The position numbers and the translations under genes are program-made. A stretch of 64,000 nt of DNA. Origin: Octopus sinensis. Its lineage: Eukaryota. Below are positions 1 to 11,338 of this stretch, piece by piece; positions within the stretch are counted from its first letter, which is position 1, and each line of letters begins with the position of its first letter. The notes under the pieces are model-generated. The model was given only the letters and a program-made list of their open reading frames with translations, made no database searches and was not told where the DNA came from. The stretch lies in contig NC_043007.1 of assembly GCF_006345805.1 (NCBI RefSeq), positions 13,764,001 to 13,828,000 of the forward strand, written 5' to 3'.

Positions 1-165
1 TGTATAGCAAACGTCGGGTTTAGTTAGAACTGCACGCACACTGCGTAAAGCACTGACAGTCTGAGGTCCATGTTGTGACTTGACAGACAGTAATGTCTCC
101 GGTGGACATATTACCTTCAATCAATAACAGCACGACTTTGGATACTGTGTGAAGTCTTAAATATT
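1..165 (+). mobile_element. 3' end of an R4/Dong-clade (RLE-type) non-LTR retrotransposon: ORF C-terminus plus 3' UTR, running into an (AAT)n tail
   Basis: Frame from nt 2 reads V*QTSGLVRTARTLRKALTV*, resembling the R4-clade C-terminal 'QKxVLLGTAHILRKxL' motif. About 100 nt of UTR follow, then (AAT)n. Confidence 0.6.
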
Positions 166-181
166 AATAATAATAATAATG

Positions 182-212
<31 letters not shown>

Positions 213-566
213 CAATATTAATAATAATAAAAATAATAATAACAATAATAATAATAACAACAACAACAATATTAATAATAATAATAATAATAATAATAGC
301 AATAATAATAACAATAACAATAATAATAACAACAACAACAAAACAATAATAACGACAACAACAAAAATAATAATAATAATAAAACAATAATAATAATAAC
401 AACAATAATAATAATAATAACAATAACAATAATAATATAATAATAATAACAACAACAACAACAAACAATAATAATAATAATAACAACAAGAACAACAATA
501 ATAATAATAATAATAATAACAACAACAAGAACAACAACCACAACAATAATAATAATAATAATAATG

Positions 567-633
<67 letters not shown>

Positions 634-640
634 GTAATAA
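165..640 (+). repeat. Long imperfect (AAT)n/(AAC)n microsatellite
   Basis: Seen directly; it is the source of the poly-I/L/Y ORFs at 117-659. Confidence 0.98.
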
Positions 641-1201
641 TTGGCCAAATACCTTGCAACAGCCAAAGATTGGATGCTAAAACTTGTTGTTTTATGTATG
701 GAAGACCGAAAAAACTTCACTCTATTCTGAAAGAGAGCAAAAAATTTGCTACTGATCTCTTAGATAACTACCAGATCGATCAGGTTGAAGGAAATGCGCC
801 AACTGCTGCTGCAAAGAAAATAAAATTAATTGCAAAGACAAAAGCACATGAGAATTTCGCTAGCAGATGGGAACAGAAACCTCTACATGGCAAGTATGTG
901 GCTGATGTCACATACTTGCCATGTCGACCAGAAACACACGCATCAATGGTTACGAAGCTCAGAGCTAAAAGCAGAGAGTGAAGGTTTCATATTGGCTGCT
1001 CAAGACCAAAGAGTTTTAACCCGGACCTACAAGCCAATGTGATAAAAAATGGAGCTGCCCCCAAATGCTGATTCTGTAACGATGAGATTGAAACTATAGA
1101 CCACCTAATCTCATGGTGTAGAATCTTAGCACCAGTAGAATATAAAGCAAGACATGACAGAGTCGGCCAGTATTTACACTGGACAATATGTCGGCATTAT
1201 A

Positions 1202-1203
<2 letters not shown>
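641..1203 (+). pseudogene. 5'-truncated, frameshifted R4/Dong-clade LINE ORF fragment (post-RT region with CCHC zinc knuckle)
   Basis: Joined frames: LAKYLATAKDWMLKLV / KKLHSILKESKKF...RWEQKPLHGKY / HQWLRSSELKAESEGFILAAQDQRVLTRTY / QANVIKNGAAPKC*FCNDEIETIDHLISWCRILAPVEYKARHDRVGQYLHWTICRHYK. This contains a C-x2-C...H-x4-C knuckle and an RHD motif typical of R4 elements. It ends at a (TA)n array. Confidence 0.85.
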
Positions 1204-1270
<67 letters not shown>

Positions 1271-1284
1271 GGATATATATATTC

Positions 1285-1316
<32 letters not shown>

Positions 1317-1365
1317 CATATATATATATACATATATATATATATATGTATGTGTATATATACAT

Positions 1366-1780
1366 TTTATTTTTATTTTATTTTTATTTTATTTTTATTT
1401 TATCTAGTTTCAGCTCACGGGCTGTGGTCATGCTGGGGCACCGCCATTTGGTGTTGCTACATGGTTTTACTTCACGAATGCGTTTTAGCAACTGCCATTT
1501 GGTGCATGAGAGAGTTCGATGCAGCATGCCCTCATCTGCACCTCCTGCCGTGAAGTTGGTTCATTCGGGACACCTGACAAGAAGAGATCCAGTTTCATTT
1601 TAAAGACATCCGCATCCACCCCATGCAGGTCCCTCAGGTTATTCGGGAGGATATTGAAGATTTGTGGGCCTCTGAAGCCCAGGCTATCACAGTATCTTGT
1701 CCTACATCTTGATAGCAAATTTGGAGTCCTAGCCACCACGCAGTGGCGCCCAGTTCTGCCATTTGTGTAACTCTCGATGC

Positions 1781-1782
<2 letters not shown>
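1366..1782 (-). mobile_element. 3' end of a CR1/L2-type LINE (ORF2 C-terminus, short UTR, (AAAAT)n tail)
   Basis: Minus strand reads GIESYTNGRTGRHC...RTRYCDSLGFRGPQIFNILPNNLRDLHGVDADVFKMKLDLFLSGVPNEP. The UTR ends GGCGGTGCCCCAGCATGACCACAGCCCGTGAGCTGAAAC, followed by (AAAAT)n. Confidence 0.8.
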
Positions 1783-1814
<32 letters not shown>

Positions 1815-2073
1815 TAATCCAAACAAGAAAGCATAAAAAAACACAACGCGAGGGCGTGAAACAAATATAGTATTATTAAACGCTCAGGAAAGAAGGAAAG
1901 AAGGAGGGTTTAACGTTTCGAGCGGAGCTCTTCGTCGGAAACATAGGAGAAGTAAAGATCCAGAGAAGGGAAGACAGAAGGAAAAAATGCATACATATAT
2001 ACATATATATACGTAAATGCATATATATATATATGTAGATATATATATGTATGTACATGCATATATATATATG

Positions 2074-2106
<33 letters not shown>

Positions 2107-2594
2107 GCGTATATATGTAAGTAAATGTATATATATTTTGTGTGTGTGTGTGAGTGTGTGTGCGTACAGATATATATATATATATATACTCACATGCATA
2201 CAAAGTGGGAAAATAGAGTTAGCGAGATTATTCTGTGTTCCTTCTGTACTTGTACGTGTGTGTGTGTGTGTGTGCATGTACCATTTTAATTCATAGATAC
2301 TTCTGTGCATTAAACACACTCAAATACCTCAGATTTTCAAATTATTTCTATCAAATTCTCTATTGAGCTGACAGTTAAAAATTATTTATGACTCTGGAGA
2401 ACATCTTTCTCTGATAGAAATTAAATGGCCTGAAGAATAGCAAAAACAATTCTATAAGATGAGAAATGTTTAAAAAAGCCAAATGTAAGTTAATAAAATA
2501 ATGAAGTATATCCACACAACACATATACACTCACACACACGCACACACACACACATATATATATATACATATATAAATATGTATATAAGTGTTA

Positions 2595-2629
<35 letters not shown>

Positions 2630-2993
2630 GTACATATATATATATGTATATATCTATATATATATATATATATATATAATATACTATAATATATTAATAT
2701 ATACATGTATATGCACATACATATATATACATGTATATGCACATACATATATATATGTATGCATGTATATGAGTATATATATATAATATATATATATGTA
2801 TGCATGTATATGAGTATATATATATATATATAATATATATATATATACATATATATATATGTATGTATGTTCACACACACACACATATATATATATATGT
2901 ATATGTATATGTATGAGTATGTATGTGTATATATAAATATATATATATTCTTATATATGTACATATGTGTGTGCGAGTGTATGTGTGCATGTG

Positions 2994-3061
<68 letters not shown>

Positions 3062-3396
3062 TGTGTGTGTCGGCGCGTGCGCGTGTCGAAAGCACACAGA
3101 AACACGTGCACTACACATTGATGTAGTATTATTTTATGAGATGGAAACAAAAATATTAATCAAGCACGGAATATTTTATTTCATTGTACTCACGCATCTT
3201 AATACTTAACAATAAGTTGATTTGTTGAGAATATATTTCAACTGACAAGACAGCGATAAAATAAACCATAGACTTGACTTCAATGTATTCTTCATCCATT
3301 TGGCTACATTATACATGGAACATTTAATGAGATTCTGTAGAATTACCAAGAACGTGTTAAATATCTGTATTGAAAAATCACAAGAACTGCGTTAGA

Positions 3397-3427
<31 letters not shown>

Positions 3428-3770
3428 CATGCAAAATAGGTAATAACTTATTTAAATTTTAAATAACATACAGGCAGAAAATTGAAAAATCAAAATCTCA
3501 GAATCTCTATGAAAATTGTAATGGTTTGCTCCAAGATTGGAGATAAAGAGTTTGTGTTGGGGTTTTGGGGGGTTTTTTGTAAAGTTTTGTTATTGTCATG
3601 TGCAAATGTTTGACCTTGCTTTTATATACTATCCAAACTATTTAAAGTTCTCTTGCTGCCTTTGTTACCGGTATTCTACGAAGGATTAACCTATTCTCAC
3701 AGACGACCATACGGCAGCTTAATCCGAATTTTTATCCTAAAAAGAAGAAAACTGTGGGAAATGTAATAGA

Positions 3771-4152
3771 AATATTAAAATTACTAAGTCTCTCTAAAAG
3801 AGATTACGGCAGCGTTACTGGAAATTAATAGTTATCGCCATACTAATATGGCAATCTTATAAATATAAGACTAAAGCTGTCGATGATTAGCTCCAATAGG
3901 CCACCGCCTCAAGCTAGCTATTTGACACACAATCTGCGTCCATTACAGACTTTCGAACAGGGGAGGTCAGCCGCTTCATCCTGCTAGTCAGACAGCTGCA
4001 GACGCGTTTCAGGGTAGTTGCCCTTTATCAATGCAGCGTAGTCAGACCCAGCAGGTGTCGCTACTGACTGTCCCTGTTCGAAGAATCTATTTACCTAGTT
4101 TCGGTGGAATACATCCACTTGTTTTCAATATTAAAATTACTAAGTCTCTCTA
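3771..4152 (-). mobile_element. 356-bp unit bounded by 26-bp direct repeats and containing a hammerhead motif (Penelope/retrozyme-like)
   Basis: AATATTAAAATTACTAAGTCTCTCTA occurs at 3771-3796 and 4127-4152. Nested inverted repeats span 3952-4082. Confidence 0.6.
3995..4037 (-). ncRNA. Minimal type I hammerhead ribozyme motif, U3-A8 core variant
   Basis: Reverse complement is GCTGCA-TTGATAA-AGGG-CAACTA-CCCT-GAAA-CGCG-TC-TGCAGC: stem I 6 bp, stem II 4 bp, palindromic CGCG in place of stem III, GUC cleavage triplet. Confidence 0.72.
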
Positions 4153-4734
4153 GAAAAAGACTATGCAAGCATATGTAGCAAATATTTGGTTATATATCTC
4201 CTCAATAAACACTGACCCCAGGATAAATAAGGCCATTAACAAATTACATTAAAGTACGCGTGGCTCACAGTCATAAATGGATAAACAAAGCTTCACTGAT
4301 GAGATCCAATGAGGCCGATACATATGGTGATGTAATTTCGTACTTACAAATAATGAGACTTCAGATATGCCAACAGCGTATGATTAATTTAATTTAATAT
4401 ATATAGACTCCGTTCAATGTCTTCCTTCTATCTGTTGCCCATAACTAATCAGAAAAACAATAATGGTGAATACTCCACGTAAGTTTGATTGCAGTATTTG
4501 TTAATCAACATTTATTTCCTGTATCATTACTTCAAGAATTTGATCACCAGGTTTATTATTTGTGCGTATTTATCATCTAGTTTATTAATCCTAGTTATAA
4601 TGATATCCTAATATCCTAGTATTCTTTCATGAAAATGTCATATTACATCGTATTATATCATATCATATCCTGTTTGTGTGTGTGTTTGTGTGTGTGTCTG
4701 TGTGTCTGTGAGTGAGTATGTGTGTGTGTAAAAG

Positions 4735-5066
4735 GTTTAAGACACCCTTTTGTCATGGGATTGCACCTAGAAAGTTCCCCTCCGAGTCACAAGTCCGGCA
4801 AGATTGTTTATGGAAGACCAGCAATCACCCATACGTAACGGCCTACCCCTCTCCACGCCACCGATGTTATCCAAGAGAAAGGCAAAGGCCGATACAGCTT
4901 GGCACCAGTGACGACGTCGCAACTCATTTCTACAGTTATGTGAACTGGAGCAACATAAAATAAAGTACCTTGCTCTAGAACACAACACAGCCCGTTCCGG
5001 GAATCGAACTCACACTCTCATTATTGTGAACCCCGTCGCTCTAACCACTGAGCCATGTGCCTTCAC
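4735..5066 (-). mobile_element. tRNA-headed SINE (family E; CORE-like 'GAGCAAG..ACTTTATT' segment)
   Basis: Reverse-complement head GTGAAGGCACATGGCTCAGTGGTTAGAGCG...GAGTTCGATTCCC shows A and B boxes. A fragment of the same tail lies at about 36930-36995. Confidence 0.75.
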
Positions 5067-5285
5067 CATATATATACATGTGTGTGCGTGTGTGCACGTG
5101 TGTATGTGTGTGTGCATATACCTATGTGTACCTGTGTGTGTATACGTGTGTATGTGTGTGAGTGTGTGTGTTTGTGTATGTATACAAATATAGATATATA
5201 CACGCCAACCACACATACGTATATATCTATATGTAGAAACATGCATGTATACATATGTATGTATATTTTATGTGTGTGTGCGTGT

Positions 5286-5316
<31 letters not shown>

Positions 5317-6063
5317 TATATATACATGGTTGCATAAATCTTGTTAGATGTGTCTGTAACTGTAAGACTATACACCGCTGATGAGGGCTAATAATAGCAA
5401 AACATCTCCGGAAACGTCACATTACTATCAACTATAAGTACGTTGTTTCTCACATGCTTACCTACATTTTGTTACTAATTACCCTTATATATTTACATTT
5501 AATGTTATAGTCTCTCTTGTGCTTGACATTAATTAACTACTGAATTTTTCTGCGCGCCAGGTATGTACTTTTAATTAAGGGAAATTTCTTGGGTTACTGT
5601 ATTAATTATATTGCCACCGACATCACTCCGTACCATATATTTTTCAATTCTCCACTGATTTCACAATTTGCTATTTTTATTTAACCTGCCCAATGGCTTT
5701 CAAAACAGAGTATAATATTGTTCATACGTTGGTAACTTTAGTATTAGTATAATACCAGTTGGGTGGTATTGCCAGCGTTTCGTGCTTTTCTTATTATTTT
5801 GGTAACTCCCTTTCGGGTTTAAATATCATTAATTAACGTAAAGAAATTTGTTGGCATCCGGTCCTCAGTAAAGCAACTAGTGGAACATTTCCTGTGGAAT
5901 AAACAACCTTACTAACATATGTGGTTAATCATGCATGTCTCTGATCATATTCAAATACTTGTATACTAGTATACACACACACAAACTCACATACACGCAC
6001 ATACACACACACACACACACAAACACACGCACACATATATATATTTATTTAAAAGGTTCCACG

Positions 6064-6100
<37 letters not shown>

Positions 6101-6117
6101 GGAAATAATATATTTAC

Positions 6118-6154
6118 GCAGTCTACCGGTTTCGCTTGTGCTGATCATGACCAA
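6118..6154 (-). ncRNA. Degenerate minimal hammerhead motif (A3/C8)
   Basis: Reverse complement is (TTG)GTC-ATGATCA-GC-ACAA-GC-GAAA-CCGG-TA-GAC(TGC). Stem II is only 2 bp and the core differs from CUGAUGA at positions 3 and 8. Confidence 0.45.
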
Positions 6155-6810
6155 GAAGTTTGAAGTTTGTGGTTATGCTACAATTTGAGTTCTACCATCA
6201 GAATTTTTATTTCATGTAAATAGGAGTAAAGATATCATATAATGTGTGTGTATGTGCGTGTGCGTGCGCGCGCGTATGTGTACGAGTATGCGTGTGTTTG
6301 TGTGTACTTATATATGTATACTTAGTGTTTCCGAGGCGAAATTGTTAGCCGCACGTCCTTGTATATTACGAGTTTTGAATATTTCCGGTTAAATTGTTTT
6401 GAGAATTAAATATTTTGATCGGGGAACATAGCATACCATCAGTTATATATTACCAAACATAACCCTTCTTTAAACCCATTGAATCAGTCATACGAAGCCC
6501 TGATAATTCCTTGCTGTTGTAATTTGTGAAAGCTTCATTACGATTTCGGGGACATGGCGAGTTCAAGAAATAGATTTGCAATGAACTTGCCAAAATTCGG
6601 TAAAATGTTTTAGAATTTTTTTTTTTCTTACTTAGCCTATTGAAAACCCGTATATTGATATACTCTATATCGCAAATTCACAAAACCCTCACCAACGTTT
6701 TATTCGGGTCCTTTGAATATTTCGTGAATTCATGGATCTGGAAAGGAAGTGTTAATTTATGACACAAGACTTGGAGAAGGATTTCGTTTTTTTTTTTCTT
6801 TTTTGACCAG

Positions 6811-6916
6811 TTGTTGCTCATCTCTGTGTCACCGATGTTGTCCAATGGAACCACGGCGTGACATTGGTATCATCACAATCAGTGGCACTAAAATGCAAAG
6901 AGCCAGAGGAGAATAT
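6811..6916 (+). CDS. Candidate isolated exon (106 nt), product unknown
   Basis: A long T-rich tract and CCAG acceptor end at 6810, with a GTAAGA donor at 6917. GC is raised and two frames are open (e.g. VAHLCVTDVVQWNHGVTLVSSQSVALKCKEPEEN). No homology recognised. Confidence 0.3.
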
Positions 6917-7247
6917 GTAAGAAATCTCGTCTGACGTCCTAAATATTATGCCTATGCGCCTATCTTTACCTACTAAATTTTTCGTTCCTTCCATGTTACT
7001 TCTTTGGGATTTAACACAGAGCACAGGCAACTGAGATACTATTTAGCTGTGTATTTACACAGCAACAAGCCGAATATTTTATTCAGATTCGAGCACTGCA
7101 CATAACTAAGCAATGGCGTGAAAATACTAATCATAAAGCTAGCCGTCACATTTGATCCCTCATTCACTTCATGTAAGTCTGCTTGCAGTATTTGTTTATC
7201 AACAACTATCTCTTGTATCATAACTTCAACAATTATATCACCCTCTC

Positions 7248-7655
7248 TTTACTCTTTCTCTTTTACTTGTTTCAGTCATTTGACTGTGGCCATGCTGGAG
7301 CACTGCTTTTAGTCGAGCAAATCGACCCCGGGACTTATTCTTTGTAAGCCCGGTACTTATTCTATCGGTCTCTTTTGCCGAACCGCTAAGTGACGGGACG
7401 TAAACACACAGCATCGGTTGTCAAGCAATGCTAGGGGCCCAACAAACCAGACACAAACATATACACACACACTTATATGTATATACATATATACGACAGG
7501 CTTCTCTCAGTTTCCGTCTACCAAATCCACTCACAAGGCATTGGTCAGCCGGGGCTATAGCAGAAGACACTTGGCCAAGATGCCACGCTGTGGGACTGAA
7601 CCTGGAACCATGTGGTTGGTAAGCAAGCTACTTACCACACAGCCACTCCTGCGCC
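7248..7655 (-). mobile_element. SINE family A, full length (tRNA head, CORE-like CCTTGGGCAAG segment, internal microsatellite, LINE-like tail)
   Basis: Reverse complement of GGCGCAGGAGTGGCTGTGTGGTAAG...GGTTCAGTCCC...GGCGGTGCTCCAGCATGGCCACAGTCAAATGACTGAAACAAGTAAAAGA; many near-identical copies in the window. Confidence 0.92.
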
Positions 7656-7758
7656 TATTATTTCTGTCTATTATTTCTGTATATTTATGCCTCAGGCTTA
7701 CTTATCCCACAGTCATAAGAATACTTAATATCTTAATATTGATTCATGGAAAGTGGAA

Positions 7759-8190
7759 GGCGGCTTGCTGGAAGAAACGTTAGCGCGCCGGGCGAAATGC
7801 GTAGCCGTATTTCGTCTGGCGTTACGTTCTGAGTTCAAATTCCGCCGAGGTCGACTTTGCCTTTCATCATTTCGGGGATCGATAAATTAAGTACCAGTTA
7901 CGCACTGGGGTTGATGTAATCGACTTAATCCCTTTTCCTGTCCTTGTTTGTCCCCTCTATGTTTAGCCCCTTGTGGGCAATAAAGGAATAAGAAACATTA
8001 GCACGCCGATCGAAGCGCTTTGCGGTATTTCGTCTGTTTTTACGGTCTGAGTTCAAATTCTTCCGAGGTCGACTTTGTCTTTCATCCTTTCGGGGTCGAT
8101 AAATTAAGTATCAGCTGCGCACTGGGGTCGATCTAATCAACTGGTCCCCAACCCAAAATTTCGGACCTTGTACCTAGAGTAAAAAATAAT
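7759..8190 (+). mobile_element. SINE family B, head-to-tail dimer with two different tails
   Basis: GGCGGC..GCTGG..GAAACGTTAGC...GAGTTCAAATTCC...GACTTTGCCTTTCATC...GATAAATTAAGTACCAG. A second, 5'-truncated unit starts at about 7992. Confidence 0.85.
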
Positions 8191-8410
8191 ATTGATTCAT
8201 GAAAATAACATATTACATTGTATCGTATATCATACATACGTGTGTATAAAAATATACAGAAAATTTGGAGGTTTAGGAACATAAGAAATAATTGCATTTT
8301 GTTTAAAGGTGCTGATATTTTCTTTAATTCAGAACAATTCTTTAATTCCAAACGATTTCGCTACATTTCAGCCACTGCTATCATGTTTTAGTTAAATACT
8401 GCATCAAGGA

Positions 8411-8604
8411 CTCAATTCTGGGAAGAGGGTATTTTCAGGTTAAAGGAAAGATGGAGACACATTGTGCAAAAAAATGGTTCATATTTGGTTGATTAAAAAT
8501 GTAATGGCTAGTATTTATTGAACTTTTTCTTTCCTTTAAAAATCGGCACGAACTTTTCGGACAACCCAATATATATTCGGTTATATGTGCCTTATAAATA
8601 AATT
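8411..8604 (+). repeat. Duplicate of the mariner 3' end plus ~35 bp of flank (copy of 9132-9325)
   Basis: 194-bp near-identical direct repeat that includes the right TIR and the downstream TATATATT(C/T)GGTTATATGTGCCTTATAAATAAATT. Confidence 0.9.
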
Positions 8605-8734
8605 AAAAGGAGGGTAGGATGTCGCTTCTAGAATGACATGATATCATGTAAATGAGCTGAGAGTTTTCATTGGTTTGTTCATGAGAAGATCCCGTTTGAA
8701 CACAAGAGTTGATCGCTCATTACTTCGGGATGAA

Positions 8735-9290
8735 TTGGGTTGTCCGGAAAGTTTGTGCCGATTTATAGTAGCTTATATTTCGACATATTTTAGAACATGG
8801 TTGAGTCCATAAAATAGGATTTGACTACACCTCCATTAGAGCACAGTTTAAGCTATCTTTTCGTGGAAGAGGGTTTATGTTCCTATAACCTGTGTTAATT
8901 CTGTAACCCTTTAAAATGAAAGATAAGAAAATTCCTTTTCGGCACTTTATGCAGGAACAGACAAAAATTGCTGCAGCTCGGCTGGGATGTGTTCCCCAAC
9001 CCTCATATTCACCATATAGCTCCTTCGGATTTCCACTTTCAGGTTTCTGCAGAATAGTCTTAATTGTAAAAATTTTAATTCTTTTGATAACGTAGAAAGA
9101 TACCTCGATGAATTCTTTTCCATGAAAGCACCTCAATTCTGGGAAGAGTGTATTTTCAGGTTAAAGGAAAGATGGAGACGCATTGTGCAACAAAATGGTT
9201 CATATTTGGTTGATTAAAAATGTAATGGCTAGTATTTATTGAACTTTTTCTTTCCTTTAAAAATCGGCACGAACTTTTCGGACAATCCAA
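8735..9290 (+). mobile_element. Internally deleted mariner (Tc1/mariner superfamily) element
   Basis: TIRs TTGGGTTGTCCGGAAAGTT(T/C)GTGCCGATTT / AAATCGGCACGAACTTTTCGGACAATCCAA, followed by TA. The N-terminus MKDKKIPFRHFM is fused to a decayed C-terminal region. Confidence 0.9.
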
Positions 9291-9817
9291 TATATATTTG
9301 GTTATATGTGCCTTATAAATAAATTGTTCAGATCGGGTTATTTCATCCAATTTTAGAAACATTACCATTGCGACGCCGCTGACTGAGTAATCACAGAATC
9401 AACAAAACAAATAAAGTGGTTTACACCAACTGACCATTTAACGCCTAGTTTTCCAACTTACATTGATCTTAACTGTCTGTTGTAATTACAAACATTTTGA
9501 AATGTCGAAGCCACGTTTCCTGTATTCTAAATAACTGGCTTATGCAAACAAACCTGTTCATAATACGATTGACATTCTTGGGGACATTCAAACCATTTAT
9601 TATTAAACTTTTTACAGAAGGCATGGATGAGTTTCAAAATATATTGTGAATTGAAAAAATCTGTTTTAGAATTAATTTTACGCTAACCTAAGTGTATTGT
9701 CATCCATCTTCATCCTTATATGCTCATATAACATTGTAACATTTTAGAATAAAATGTTGTGCCCCGAAATATATACATAGATACAAATGCATCTGTATAC
9801 AAATCTTTCTGTATATA

Positions 9818-10202
9818 GGCGCAGGAGTGTGGTAAGTAGCTTGCTAACCACCCACATGGTTCCAGGTTCAGTCCCACAGCGTGGCATCTTGGCCAAGTGT
9901 CTTCTGCTATAGCCCCGGGCCGACCAATGCCTTGTGAGTGGATTTGGTAGACAGAAACTGAAAGAAGCCTGTCGTATATATGTATATATATATATATAAG
10001 TGTGTGTTTGGATATGTTTGTGTATCTGTGTTTGTCCCCCTAGCATTGCTTGACAACCGATGCTGGTGTGTTTACGTCCCCGTCACTTAGCGGTTCGGCA
10101 AAAGAGACCGATAGAATAAGTACTGGGCTTACAAAGAATAAGTCCCGGGGTCGATTTGCTCGAATGACTGAAACAAGTAAAAGAGTAAAAGAGTAAAGAG
10201 TA
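9818..10202 (+). mobile_element. SINE family A (small deletion in tail)
   Basis: Matches the family A consensus seen in the other copies. Confidence 0.9.
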
Positions 10203-10278
10203 TATATGTATCTGTGTATGTCGTTCTGTATGTATCCTTATATACGTGTCTGTCTGTCTGTGTCTGCGCTTATGTGTA

Positions 10279-10436
10279 GGCGCAGGCGTGGTTGTGTGGT
10301 AAGAAAATTGCTTCCCTATGGTTCTACATGGTTCAATCCCACTCTGTGGTACCTTGGTCAAGTGTTTTCTACTATGATCGCAGACCGACCAAGCTTTGAG
10401 AGTAGATTTTGTAGACGGAAACTGAATGAAGACTAT

Positions 10437-10440
<4 letters not shown>
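10279..10440 (+). mobile_element. Old 5' half of SINE family A, ending in its internal (TA)n
   Basis: Diverged GGCGCAGGCGTGGTTGTGTGGTAAG...GTAGACGGAAACTGAA. Confidence 0.75.
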
Positions 10441-10479
<39 letters not shown>

Positions 10480-10630
10480 ATATATATATATATATAATAT
10501 ATATATATAATATATTATATATACTATATATATATATATATATCACATATAGATATATATACATATATATATATATACACACACATATATATATATATAT
10601 ATATACATATAATATATATATATGTATATG

Positions 10631-10662
<32 letters not shown>

Positions 10663-11293
10663 TGTATGTATATATGTATATATATATATATATATGTATG
10701 TATATATGTATATATATCGAATATACATATTATATATATATTATATATATATATATATCAGGATACACACCATAGAAAACTCATGCGCACATAAGGATAC
10801 ACAGCAGAATGGAGTAATTGGAGCAAGAACACACACGAAACGAAAAGTGTCACTGAAGAGGTCACAGATGTGTGACGAAAGATTTCTGGACAATGGACAT
10901 GAGTAAAAATAAGAACAGTAATAAACGAGTGAAGAAAAAAATATACAGTGCGTGTGTTTATTTTGGAAAAAAATATATATATATATATTTCAATTTAGAG
11001 ATAGTAGACCCCTACATCTCGTCAAATAAAAAGAATTTTATTTTAAATACCTACTGTTTTATTACTTGGCAAGACGTGTTTCATGAGGTACATCCTCGGG
11101 TCCCTAAACCACTCCGTGTTTCCCTGGAACCCCTCTCAACATGTAACCCCAACCAACAGGCCCTTATATCACTTTATCAACATTCAATATATAAACCTAG
11201 CCATCTGGAGCCTACACAGGTGTATTTAAGGCACACATTTAACCATCTCGCTACAGTTAAAAATTGTGAAGCATGACTGTCACCACAACTACA

Positions 11294-11338
11294 TGAACCT
11301 GAAGATTGCGTAATTTAATGCATGAAAGTACTAGTTCA
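11294..11338 (+). ncRNA. Minimal type I hammerhead ribozyme motif with canonical core
   Basis: TGAAC-CTGAAGA-T-TGCGT-AATTTA-ATGCA-T-GAAA-GTAC-TA-GTTCA: stem I 5 bp, stem II 5 bp closed by a U/U mismatch, palindrome AGTACT, CUA triplet. Confidence 0.72.

Noticed and set aside
4273-4332. HHR-like CTGATGA...GATA-CATATG motif
   Set aside because: GAAA is mutated, stem II does not pair and there is no clear UH site; at best a dead relic.
5372-5420. HHR-like CTGATGA...GGAAACGTC motif
   Set aside because: Stem I cannot form and the stem II register is wrong.
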